This document shows positions 9,824 to 18,334 of a DNA stretch of 64,000 nucleotides, piece after piece. Numbering within the stretch: position 1 is the first letter of the stretch; every line of letters starts with the position of its first letter. Both the position numbers and the translations under genes were made by a program. Under the pieces are notes generated by a model. It was not told the origin of the DNA. It was given only the letters and a program-made list of their open reading frames with translations, and made no database searches. The DNA comes from Candidatus Delongbacteria bacterium (GTDB lineage: Bacteria; CAIWAD01), in NCBI GenBank assembly GCA_963663545.1, contig OY760505.1, positions 2,624,001-2,688,000 of the forward strand, read 5' to 3'.

Positions 9824-10582
9824 ATGAAAGACGGTTTACCAAAAACCGGTTTAAGGTGGTCAATTGCAATCTCATTGCTCTTGTTGGCTGGCTTTTTGGT
9901 TCTTCAGATCAAAATGCCGAAGCTGCTCGAGTTAGATGCCAAATGGATTGCCTTGTCCGTTCTTCCGGTGCTACTTGTTTTAGTGACAAGTGGCTACATT
10001 TCAAAGTTCAAGGGTTTTGGTATAGAGCTTGAAAGCCGAGTGAATGCACAAGTGCAGACTGTCGAATACACTGCAACTGATCTTGCAATTGATAGCCCCG
10101 TAAGTGAGAAAGGCTCAGTGTCAATACTCGAAGGGTGGTCGTTCGAAAGAAGGAAGAAGGTCAAGAGAATTAGGTTTAGACAAGGAAGAAGAAGGTACTA
10201 TGGTCGTGACGCAGTACTACAATACCTAGAATACTTACCCAATGTGGAGTATTTCGAGATATCGGACAGCAGAGATAGGTTTGTGGGTCTAATTCCTGTT
10301 GAAGCCATACGAGATACAACCGAACCGAATATGATGAGAGATTGGATAGACGCTTTTCTCGACTCAATTGAGTCGAGAAGTGTAAAAAGTGTGTATGGTG
10401 ATCTGATAATTGGTGTGATCGTTAGAGAAGAAGAAAAGATCGTTGAAATGCTGAGGAAGCTAAGAAAGACCAACCAGTCAGTTGCTTGTGTTGTAAGTAA
10501 GGAGCAAAAGTTCGTTGGATTGGTCAGCAGGGCAGAGATCGAAAAGCACATTGTCGATGAAGTTCTAAAGGCAACTGCCTAA
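9824..10582 (+). CDS. Cassette 1: membrane-anchored CBS-domain protein
   Basis: Two N-terminal TM helices, KFKGFGIELE, C-terminal CBS-like ACVVSKEQKFVGLVSRAEI; stop lies inside attC R''. Confidence 0.65.
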   Translation: MKDGLPKTGLRWSIAISLLLLAGFLVLQIKMPKLLELDAKWIALSVLPVLLVLVTSGYISKFKGFGIELESRVNAQVQTVEYTATDLAIDSPVSEKGSVSILEGWSFERRKKVKRIRFRQGRRRYYGRDAVLQYLEYLPNVEYFEISDSRDRFVGLIPVEAIRDTTEPNMMRDWIDAFLDSIESRSVKSVYGDLIIGVIVREEEKIVEMLRKLRKTNQSVACVVSKEQKFVGLVSRAEIEKHIVDEVLKATA

Positions 10583-10749
10583 CAAGAACTTGCAATTGTC
10601 CCGCCCAGCGTCACGTCGCTTGCAGGACAGCGAAATAGAGCATTGGGCCTTCGGCCACAATGCGCAAACCGGTTCGCTTCGCGAACCCGTAGATCTTGCG
10701 ACGCAAGCGTCGCGCCACTGAACGGGCAATAGAAGTTTGACCGTTAGCC
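10577..10749 (+). other. attC site 1 (173 bp)
   Basis: R'' GCCTAAC; L'' arm AACTT(G)CAATTG(T)CCCG pairs with CGGGCAATAGAAGTT leaving extrahelical G and T; R' GTTAGCC. Confidence 0.9.
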
Positions 10750-10764
10750 ATACTAGGAGGTGCA

Positions 10765-11727
10765 TTGCAAGATACTCACACATATGAAGAGCTTCAGGAA
10801 CTGCTCTTTCGATTCGAAAGTGTGCTACAGAGCAATGGCGTTCGAATTGAAGCAGGATCCAGTCTGGAAAGAGTTAGTTTACAAGTAATGTCTATGCTAG
10901 AAAAGTATGAAACTGAAATTCAGAAACAGAAAGATCGTGTGGCCATTCGAGATTACTTTATGGAGTACATGGGCTATTCTGACTTTATTGGGAAAATTGT
11001 CAACTGTAGCGAGTCAGAGCACTTTGAGAAACTTATGCCACATTTGCGTTTATTAAATAGGGCAAAGGTGGTAGATCAGCATTCAAAATCTTTAAGTACA
11101 GATCAAATCAACAATAAGCTCTTCGAACTTTTCGTTGCTTGCTTGTGTATTTCAGCCGGATGCGAAAGTATTGATCTGGACGATCCGGAATCGTCTAAGG
11201 GTGACAATCCTGACATTATGGCCAGCTTTGAAGGCGTAATGTGGGGTTTTGGCTGTAAAGCTCTACAATCTGATAATCACTTAACGATTTTCAATAATTT
11301 GGAATCAGCAGTTGACCAGATTAAACGATCTAGATCAGCAATTGGAATTCCAGTCCTGTCAATGAAGAATGTGTTGGACAGGAATAAATTCTGGCCAATA
11401 CTATACTCGCCAATAAATGGCGAAGCGCAGTTTGGAGCATTTTTAGATACTAGCTCACCATGTGAATTGGCAATAAAGAATGCCACTGAAATTTTCCGTC
11501 CAGTAGTTGAGCAGTTCGGCTCTTCTGGATTTTCAAATCTGTTTCAAGATCCTCGCGTTGAAGGAGCCTGCTTACTTTATCTGCCAATCGCTTCTCCAAT
11601 TGTTCATGGATCGTCTTTCGCACCTGCACGCATAAACTTATTCTATCTCATGAGATTCTTTGATGTTGGAAGAGGTACAGAGATCTTGTTTCAGCGACTC
11701 AATCACCACTTGCAAGTCCTAAGATGA
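10765..11727 (+). CDS. Cassette 2: hypothetical protein, possible PD-(D/E)XK nuclease fold
   Basis: AGGAGG RBS and TTG start; LFEL..NPDI.....WGFGCK resembles E..PD..xK; followed by R'' GGCTAAC (11729-11735). Confidence 0.55.
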   Translation: MQDTHTYEELQELLFRFESVLQSNGVRIEAGSSLERVSLQVMSMLEKYETEIQKQKDRVAIRDYFMEYMGYSDFIGKIVNCSESEHFEKLMPHLRLLNRAKVVDQHSKSLSTDQINNKLFELFVACLCISAGCESIDLDDPESSKGDNPDIMASFEGVMWGFGCKALQSDNHLTIFNNLESAVDQIKRSRSAIGIPVLSMKNVLDRNKFWPILYSPINGEAQFGAFLDTSSPCELAIKNATEIFRPVVEQFGSSGFSNLFQDPRVEGACLLYLPIASPIVHGSSFAPARINLFYLMRFFDVGRGTEILFQRLNHHLQVLR

Positions 11728-12164
11728 TGGCTAACACTTATGAGGCCCCCATTGTCAAGAGCACAGAGGTATTCCTTCCGATTTTCGGCTCTTTGAAAGG
11801 AAGGCGAGATCCTGATCCCGGCTTGATTTCACGGCCAGGCGCAGAGTGATTCCGCGCCAAACACCTATAGAGGGTCACGCTCCAGCATGGCTGGACCGGC
11901 AAGACGACGGGGTCTTAACGCCCTAGAAACTCATTCGTACCCATATGCCGATCTATTCAATAATACAGGCTCAGCGGCAGCTGTCCAGTTCGTTCCAGAT
12001 CGGGGATGGAGCGGAATCAACTTGTTCAGCACCTTCTTTGTTATCAACGGGCAACCAGTCAATCAAATACACGGGCTCGGAGCATTTTGATCGAGCAGGA
12101 CGATCGTGCTTTCTGCACATGGTGATTCCGTCCAGCATTCCGATTCGCCCCTGATGTCCAGTTA

Positions 12165-13262
12165 TAGGGGTGCTCATAAGTTCTGTCCAAGACCCTCTGT
12201 TTTTGCTCGGCTGAAAGTCTCATCTTGATGCATGAGACAAGTCATACCACCCAACCCCGAAAACGATAGCCTTGCCAACATCGAACTGACCATTCGCGCC
12301 ACAGCCGACAGAGATATGGCCAATCGACTGGCGGTTGTCCGACTGGCCATCAAGGGCCACAGCGAAGAGCAAATAGCTGATATCGCAATGGTTAGCACAC
12401 GTTCTGTTCGACGCTACATCCAGCTTTTCAACGAGGGCGGGATTGATTCCCTTGCCAGCGCAAGCCGTGCTGGCCGACCGTCGCTCGTCTCAGAGATTGA
12501 GGAGGAGATCATCCTCTACAATCTGGATCACCCTGAGTTTGTGGGTGAATCTCACTGGACCCTTTTGAAGCTGCACGAGCGGATCAAACCGGTCCTGGCG
12601 CATCAGATTGGCTACTCCACACTGACCCGCCTGGTGCGCGATGCAGGCTATCGGCGTCTTGTGCCACGGCCCGAATCGCCCGAACGCGACGACGAGAAGC
12701 GCAAAGTGTTTGTAACCGACCTGCATCAATCCCTGAATAATCATGAGGTTCAGGTTTGGTTCATGGACGAGGCTGGCTTCTTGGCGGACCCAAGGCCGAA
12801 GGCCCAGTGGGCGAAGAGAGGCACGAAGCCGGTCTGTCCGATGACGGGGAAGCACATTCGCCACAGCCTGATTGGTGCTATCCAGCCTGATACGGGCGAG
12901 TTCACGACACTCATTTTCAGTCGGACGAATGCAGCCGTTTTCCAGGTCTTTCTGGATGAGTTCGACCATCAAACCCATGGGCGACCGACGGTTATGGTGC
13001 TGGATAATGCTTCGTGGCATCACGCTAAGTGTTTGAATTGGCACAACATCAAGCCGCTCTATCTTCCGCCGTACTCGCCCGATTTGAACCCCATTGAGCG
13101 TCTATGGAAGTACATCAAAGAGCACTGGTTCGCGGGCTGGTACTGCAAGACCCACGAAGAGCTGCTGGAGCGTCTGGTGGAGGCGGTCAAGTCGCTCTTC
13201 GAGAACACATCACGCGTCAGATCTGTGTGCCGTGTCTCGGACAGGACTTCTTAGCAGCCCTA
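12165..13262 (+). mobile_element. IS630-family insertion sequence
   Basis: Imperfect TIRs TAGGGGTGCTCATAAGTTCTGTCCAAGAC and (reverse complement) TAGGGCTGCTAAGAAGTCCTGTCCGAGAC; flanking TA at 12163-12164 and 13263-13264. Confidence 0.9.
12232..13254 (+). CDS. IS630 family DDE transposase (appears intact)
   Basis: N-terminal HTH; WFMDEAGF, VLDNASWH, LPPYSPDLNPIERLW. Confidence 0.95.
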   Translation: MRQVIPPNPENDSLANIELTIRATADRDMANRLAVVRLAIKGHSEEQIADIAMVSTRSVRRYIQLFNEGGIDSLASASRAGRPSLVSEIEEEIILYNLDHPEFVGESHWTLLKLHERIKPVLAHQIGYSTLTRLVRDAGYRRLVPRPESPERDDEKRKVFVTDLHQSLNNHEVQVWFMDEAGFLADPRPKAQWAKRGTKPVCPMTGKHIRHSLIGAIQPDTGEFTTLIFSRTNAAVFQVFLDEFDHQTHGRPTVMVLDNASWHHAKCLNWHNIKPLYLPPYSPDLNPIERLWKYIKEHWFAGWYCKTHEELLERLVEAVKSLFENTSRVRSVCRVSDRTS

Positions 13263-13309
13263 TAGACGGTGGACCTGATTGCCCGTGGATCAGGCCGCCA
13301 GGAAGCGAG

Positions 13310-13869
13310 CCATTCACCCTGGTCATGGGATCGTCGAACAGGTACAGGCCAGGATCCTCTAGATCCAACCGTTGTGTCTTCCCAGTCAGGGCATGCAGGT
13401 TGGCTTGGCTTTGGGTATTGACGACATGTGCCATCAGTTCAGCGCGAAAACGTACCAGCGCTGTTCGTCTGCGAAGCAGATCTCGCGTCGCGCGCATGGC
13501 CTTCGGATAGACATAGGCCATGGGAAAGACGCCACCTCGGATCATGTGGGCAATCTTGGTGGCATCCAGTTTGTCGTTTTCGGCTTTGGCCCCGTGAATG
13601 GCTTTCATGTAGAGCGCATGTCCCAGTAGAAAGGGAATTCCTTCGTCTTCGCAAAGATCGGCGAGCCAGTACCGGGTGAACATGCAATCGACTCCGACGA
13701 TGAGGTCATCGCGGTAGGGCTGAATGGCAACGAGAAAGGCGGCTGCGCTTGTGGGAATGTTTTGTTGCAAGCAGATTGTTCCCCGTTCATCCAGCACGCA
13801 TAGGTACATTGTTTTCGCATGCAGGTCAATTCCGCATGTGTGACGGTGTTGGCCTTGATAGAATCTCAT
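13310..13869 (-). pseudogene. IS110 family transposase, N-terminal RuvC-like domain only
   Basis: CGIDLH, WLADLC, GHALYMKAIHG, NDKLDA, RDLLRRR; no C-terminal transposase domain; AGGAG RBS; 3' boundary approximate. Confidence 0.85.
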
Positions 13870-13945
13870 GGTCTCCTTCTGAGTGGGTGATTGTGACTAC
13901 CCGAAGTATCGGGTCACTCGTGAAAGGAGGGGCCTCTATGAAGAT

Positions 13946-14063
13946 CAAATGCTTGCTGCGGCCACACGGTGTGTAACGCCAATTGCAGGCCAAGCAAGTT
14001 CGTTGTGATACAGAGTTGATGGCAAATGCCGCGCCACTGGCCCGCAGAAGCTGGACATTAGCC
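13946..14063 (+). other. attC site 2, right portion (left end at 11729-11735)
   Basis: GCTT(G)CTGCGGCC pairs with GGCCCGCAGAAGC; R' reads ATTAGCC (G>A relative to GTTRRRY). Confidence 0.8.
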
Positions 14064-14078
14064 ACAGTTGAGGTAGAT

Positions 14079-14810
14079 ATGAAAGAAATGTACATACAGT
14101 GCAATAGGATTATTCGATCTATTCATGCGCTGCTAAAGGAAATGGAACAAGCTTACAATTATGAGAGCGATGGGATCGCAGTAGGCTGTTTATCGTCAGT
14201 GTTCAACAGACAGCTTGGGGATCTTAAACGAGTCTGGCCAAATGATCTTGATGATGAGATCATCCACGAGATTGGTGCAACTCTGGCTCAGAAAATGCCA
14301 GATTCATTGTGGAAAATAGGTCAAGAACTACTCCCAGATTTAGAAGACTCTATAGATAAGTATTATTCAGCCCAGTCATACTCTGAGATCGACTTCTCAA
14401 TTATTGATCTTCTTCATAGCCGGATTGTGGTCAGTGCCTATGCTCAATTCAGAAGTGGTTTGTATAGAGATGCCGTATTGAATTCTGTTATCGCTGTGTT
14501 TGATTATTTGCGCGAACGGTCTGGTCTTGAAAGTGACGGTGCTAAACTGGCTGCTGAAGCACTATCAGTTGAAAATCCTAGAATAGTATTATCGTCACTC
14601 GAAAATGAGTCAGGGCGAAATGAACAGAAGGGATTTCTGCAGATATTTCAGGGCTACTACTTAGGAGTCCGAAATCCAAAAGCACACTCACTGGCCATTA
14701 AACCAACGAAGAAGATCGCAGCGCAGTACTTAGTTTTCTCAAGCTTGCTCTGTCGAAGGATTGAACAAGCTCAAATATATGTTGTTACTGATACTGGAGA
14801 TATCGCATAG
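14079..14810 (+). CDS. Cassette 3: TIGR02391 (Ymh-like) family protein
   Basis: LH..I......F..G.Y.DAV, SGL..DG..L...AL, ES..NEQKGF..IF.G...GVRNPKAH; GAGG RBS. Confidence 0.8.
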   Translation: MKEMYIQCNRIIRSIHALLKEMEQAYNYESDGIAVGCLSSVFNRQLGDLKRVWPNDLDDEIIHEIGATLAQKMPDSLWKIGQELLPDLEDSIDKYYSAQSYSEIDFSIIDLLHSRIVVSAYAQFRSGLYRDAVLNSVIAVFDYLRERSGLESDGAKLAAEALSVENPRIVLSSLENESGRNEQKGFLQIFQGYYLGVRNPKAHSLAIKPTKKIAAQYLVFSSLLCRRIEQAQIYVVTDTGDIA

Positions 14811-14873
14811 TACGCTTTTAAGAGCTGAGGTCGTAGTCCAAATCCAGACTTTCAGCTCAACAGGGTGTCCTGT

Positions 14874-15226
14874 GGCTAACAATGGTTTGCTGCGGTCTCA
14901 CGGCGAGTGCCAGCTGAGTGCTGCGCATTCCGTGCTATTTGCTGTTAGTGAGTATTGGTGTCTTCGCATTTGTGATGCAAATGCTTCGCCATTTTGCCCA
15001 TGAGCCTGGCTGGATGTTTAACGCAGACTGTAGGGTAATCTCCTGGGTTGGGTAGTTTCTCGGTAGCGCAGGCCCGGGGCAGTGTTTACTTTGGTTAGCG
15101 AAAGACGGCAAATGTCACAGCATTTGCCTAAAGGTTTCGGCCAAGAGAAGCTAGCGAAAATGTCGTCCGATTTACGTAGGAAGTCGGCAGCTACTAGCTC
15201 GTGTGCCTCAGAAGCAGACGTTAAGT
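14874..15226 (+). other. attC site 3 (unusually long, 353 bp)
   Basis: GTGGCTAAC mirrors cassette start (A)TTAGCCAC; GTTT(G)CTGCGG(T)CTCACG pairs with CGTGTGCCTCAGAAGC; R' GTTAAGT. Confidence 0.7.
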
Positions 15227-15249
15227 CACTTTTCTGACAGGAGTTAATA

Positions 15250-16185
15250 ATGCGAAATGACTGGCCCTATCCAATGTTCTCTAAATATCAGAAGCACCTC
15301 CGGGAAAATGCGGGGGAATACTTCAAGCGAAAGCGATTTGCTGTAAGCAAGAAGTACAACTTCATCCTTGCGTCTAGAGATGACTGGCACCAGAACATCA
15401 TTCTCCCGGAGGTTGTTCAGTATATAGAAGAACAGAAGCAGTTTGCGCAAAGTCAGAAGCGTGCGTATCCGCTGCATCGATACATCCACCATGGCTTGAG
15501 TAGTCAGGCAATGGTCTTCAATTTGCTGGGGCCGCTGGTTGTCCGGAACCACCTATCACCGCTGGTAAACCTATTACAGAAGCGTGGGGTAGAGATTGAT
15601 AGTGGTAAGGTGAATGGTGTTTTTGAGTACGAGGATCGAGAAGTATTTCTTGAGAACCAAGCTCAGCCAACATCAATCGATTTTGCCCTACTATCGCATG
15701 CTGGCAATCCAATTGCACTTGTGGAATCAAAGCTTGTCGAGCAGCGATTCGGCGGTTGTTCTGTCTTAGAACGCGGTGATTGTGATGGCAGAAATCCTGC
15801 AAAGGACCATTCTCTGTGCTATCTGCACGAGATTGGGCGTCGCTACTGGGAAGTTCTGGAAAAGCATGGGTTCCTAATTGGCAAAATGAAGGACAGCCCT
15901 ACTTGTGTTTTAGGGACTTTCTATCAGTATTTCCGCGAAGTGCTGTTTGCACTAGAGAAGGGCACACCCTTCATTCTCCTAATTGACGAGCGAAACCCAG
16001 CTTTCTCAGTATTGCACGGCGAACGCGAGCGAGGGTTTATTCCATTCCTCGAAACGCTTCTTCCAGCTACGGCAAAACCCCGCGTTTCAACTGTTTCCAT
16101 TCAGGAAATAGTGAGATCAATTGAGAAGCATAGGGCACACAAGGATTGGATTTACGAGTTCGCGGACAAGTATGGAGTTAAGTGA
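15250..16185 (+). CDS. Cassette 4: putative PD-(D/E)XK restriction-endonuclease-like protein (PGN_0703-like)
   Basis: H.LSSQA..FNL, FEYED, PTSIDF, VESKLVE..FGGCS, Cys cluster; ends at R'' ATTTAAC mirroring GTTAAGT. Confidence 0.65.
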   Translation: MRNDWPYPMFSKYQKHLRENAGEYFKRKRFAVSKKYNFILASRDDWHQNIILPEVVQYIEEQKQFAQSQKRAYPLHRYIHHGLSSQAMVFNLLGPLVVRNHLSPLVNLLQKRGVEIDSGKVNGVFEYEDREVFLENQAQPTSIDFALLSHAGNPIALVESKLVEQRFGGCSVLERGDCDGRNPAKDHSLCYLHEIGRRYWEVLEKHGFLIGKMKDSPTCVLGTFYQYFREVLFALEKGTPFILLIDERNPAFSVLHGERERGFIPFLETLLPATAKPRVSTVSIQEIVRSIEKHRAHKDWIYEFADKYGVK

Positions 16186-16192
16186 TTTAACA

Positions 16193-16317
16193 CTTTTAAG
16201 ACCCCCATTGCCAAGCGCACAGAGCTGTTCCTTCCGAGTTCCGGCTCAAAGTGAGGAAGGCAAGATCACGATGACCGCTTGATTGTCCGGCCAGGCGTAA
16301 AACGATTCCGCACCAAA
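16193..16317 (-). mobile_element. Remnant end of a second, diverged IS110/IS1111-type element in attC4
   Basis: Aligns with 11737-11861 and begins after the same TAA-CA position. Confidence 0.85.
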
Positions 16318-16482
16318 GGCATGCTTGCCAGCGCGAACAGCTTGTCGAAGCTTCGGAGTAAGCTTTGGCCATTCCACTGGCGTAGTACTCTGCCGTTTGG
16401 CGCCTCGATACTTCACGACAGAATCCTGGTAACAACTCACAGTGAACCGGAGACGGCAGCCAAACCGTTACGCGAAAAGCCC

Positions 16483-16520
16483 TTGCCAATATCGACTTTC
16501 ATTCGTAGTCTTATGGCTAC
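16483..16520 (+). promoter_or_regulatory. sigma70-type promoter of the TA cassette with overlapping palindrome
   Basis: TTGCCA-17 bp-TAGTCT; imperfect inverted repeat GTAGTC-TTAT-GGCTAC over the -10. Confidence 0.55.
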
Positions 16521-16526
16521 AATATA

Positions 16527-17153
16527 ATGCCAAACGAGACGCCCATGAACGCGCATCATCCAGTAGCTGTCGCAAATCTGTTTCCCAGCCGGGCTGTCCT
16601 GGATACCCTGGGAGTTCTCTTCTCAGAACCGGACCGAGAGTTCTATCAGACCGAGATTGTTGACCGGCTATTTCACACGAAACTGCAGATTCAGCGAGCG
16701 TTGAAGCGGATTCACGAGGCTGGCCTACTCGAGTTGCGCCAGGAGGGACGGCGTGTGTATTACCGGGCGGCCCGTGAGAATCCCATTTTCCATGAAATTC
16801 AAAGCTTGGTTTTCAAGACGGTCGGCCTGCCGCAGCAACTGAGAATAGCCTTTCAGGATGTCGCCAATGAGGTGGTATTGCTCTTTATCTTTGGTTCGGT
16901 GGCAAACGGCACCGATGGAGCACGCAGCGACCTTGACTTGTTTTGCGTTGGCAATGTCAGCTCGCGGCGGCTTTCCAGCGTTGTAGCGCCCTTTGGTCGA
17001 GAGCTTGGAAGAGAAATCAACTGCGTGCATTTCACGCCTGACGATTTCATGGCGAAGATTCATTCGCGAAATCCGTTTGTTCAGAAAGTCCTTAGCGATA
17101 CGAAACTTTGGGTAATCGGATCCGAAGATGAGCTTGCAGAAATGGTTGGCTGA
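16527..17153 (+). CDS. wHTH-fused minimal nucleotidyltransferase (MNT) antitoxin
   Basis: N-terminal winged HTH; FGSVANG....SDLDL motif; start could be 16545. Confidence 0.85.
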   Translation: MPNETPMNAHHPVAVANLFPSRAVLDTLGVLFSEPDREFYQTEIVDRLFHTKLQIQRALKRIHEAGLLELRQEGRRVYYRAARENPIFHEIQSLVFKTVGLPQQLRIAFQDVANEVVLLFIFGSVANGTDGARSDLDLFCVGNVSSRRLSSVVAPFGRELGREINCVHFTPDDFMAKIHSRNPFVQKVLSDTKLWVIGSEDELAEMVG

Positions 17154-17592
17154 GAAACGACTCCGACGGCATGAATGCACTGCCCAGGAGATCGGTGATC
17201 TGTTCAAGTTGATTGACCGGGATATTGCTGATTCCAGCATCCAGGCCCTTTCGGAGGATCGCCGTTTTGTCACTTCATACAATGCTGTTCTGCAGTTGGC
17301 TACAATCATTCTCCGTGTTGCTGGATACCGTACTGCGGGCACAGGCCACCACTGGCTGACTTTTCAAGCATTGCCCGAACTCATGGGCGAGAAGTTGCGG
17401 GTGCACGCAGACTACTTTGATTGGTGTCGTACTAAGCGAAACATGGCTGACTACGATGCCGCTGGAGTGATCGGGGCGGCGGATGCAACAGAGTTGTATC
17501 AAGAGTCGATTGCATTCCGAGGCGAGGTAATTCATTGGCTGATGCACCATGCACCCGGTCTACTGCCTCCAGGAATAGAGCAGAAGATCTGA
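17128..17592 (+). CDS. HEPN-domain protein (toxin partner)
   Basis: Overlaps the MNT gene; SYNA.LQ, GYR....GHH, RTKRNMADY. Confidence 0.78.
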   Translation: MSLQKWLAEKRLRRHECTAQEIGDLFKLIDRDIADSSIQALSEDRRFVTSYNAVLQLATIILRVAGYRTAGTGHHWLTFQALPELMGEKLRVHADYFDWCRTKRNMADYDAAGVIGAADATELYQESIAFRGEVIHWLMHHAPGLLPPGIEQKI

Positions 17593-17649
17593 TACCTCGA
17601 ACCCGCAGACCTTGAGATGATAGCGCCCGACTGACGAAGGATGTCGACC

Positions 17650-17703
17650 AACTCGCTTCGAGTCGGCAGCCACTGAACGGGGATTGAAGTTTTAGCGTCC
17701 GCC
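17650..17703 (+). other. Degenerate attC right arm (array end)
   Basis: GCCACTGAACGGG (17669-17681) identical to attC1 10714-10726, then GAAGTTT; core decayed to GTCCGCC. Confidence 0.55.
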
Positions 17704-17957
17704 GGCGCGACTACTGCCTGTTCAGCGCTTTTCCTCGATGTAGAAGGCGTGCACCTGGATGTCAACCTCGAGGAGCCAATTGCCCCTCAACGCGAAAGCC
17801 ACGAACCATCCGAGTAGCTGCAAGTACCGTTTCCCCCTTCCAACTCCCTGCAGAAAATCACGCTTATGTAGGTTTCCAGCGAAAAACTTACACAAGCCGC
17901 GAGCCTATGTAAGCATCCTTGCAGAACGCTGCGTCCGCGATCCGTGATTATCAATCC

Positions 17958-18030
17958 ACCTCGACGAAGCCGTGCCTCATGCCGTGGTAGTATGCGCGAC
18001 GTCACTAAAATGCACGACTTCGTCCATAGG
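17958..18030. repeat. REP-like hairpin unit 1
   Basis: ACCTCGACGAAGCCGTGC-N36-GCACGACTTCGTCCATAGG. Confidence 0.75.
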
Positions 18031-18044
18031 CATTCAGGACGTTC

Positions 18045-18314
18045 TGTCGAAGAATAGAGGCAGAATCGGCTCCGCCGATTCTACACTTGTTTCAGCCGCC
18101 CTTCCTCTAAGCCAGCGTATCACAAATGGCCGTTAGGCCAAGAATGAACGCCGAAGGCGTGAATCAATGAGCGTTGTCCAGCAGCAATCATAGGGTACCC
18201 GCCAGCGGCAGTTGACCAGCGGTCAACTGTCCTCTGGTCGGAGAGGCGAGCGCTTTCTTTGTTACTTTCTTTGGCGCGACAAAGAAAGTAACTCGTCTTT
18301 GCTCGCCGCAGGCG
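18045..18314 (-). repeat. Structured intergenic repeat, copy B
   Basis: Reverse-complement homologue of 8981-9247. Confidence 0.9.
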
Positions 18315-18334
18315 TGTCACGCGCTACGCACCTG

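Larger units (their letters stand above)
11737..13945 (-). mobile_element. IS110-family (IS1111-type) element inserted in attC2; internally deleted and interrupted by IS630
   Basis: CA core duplicated at 11735-11736 and 13946-13947; sub-terminal IRs GAGGCCCC/GGGGCCTC; removing it restores GGCTAAC-AAATG-CTTGCTG. Confidence 0.85.

Noticed and set aside
13983..14078. N-terminal extension of the TIGR02391 ORF
   Set aside because: Runs through attC2; the RBS supports ATG 14079.
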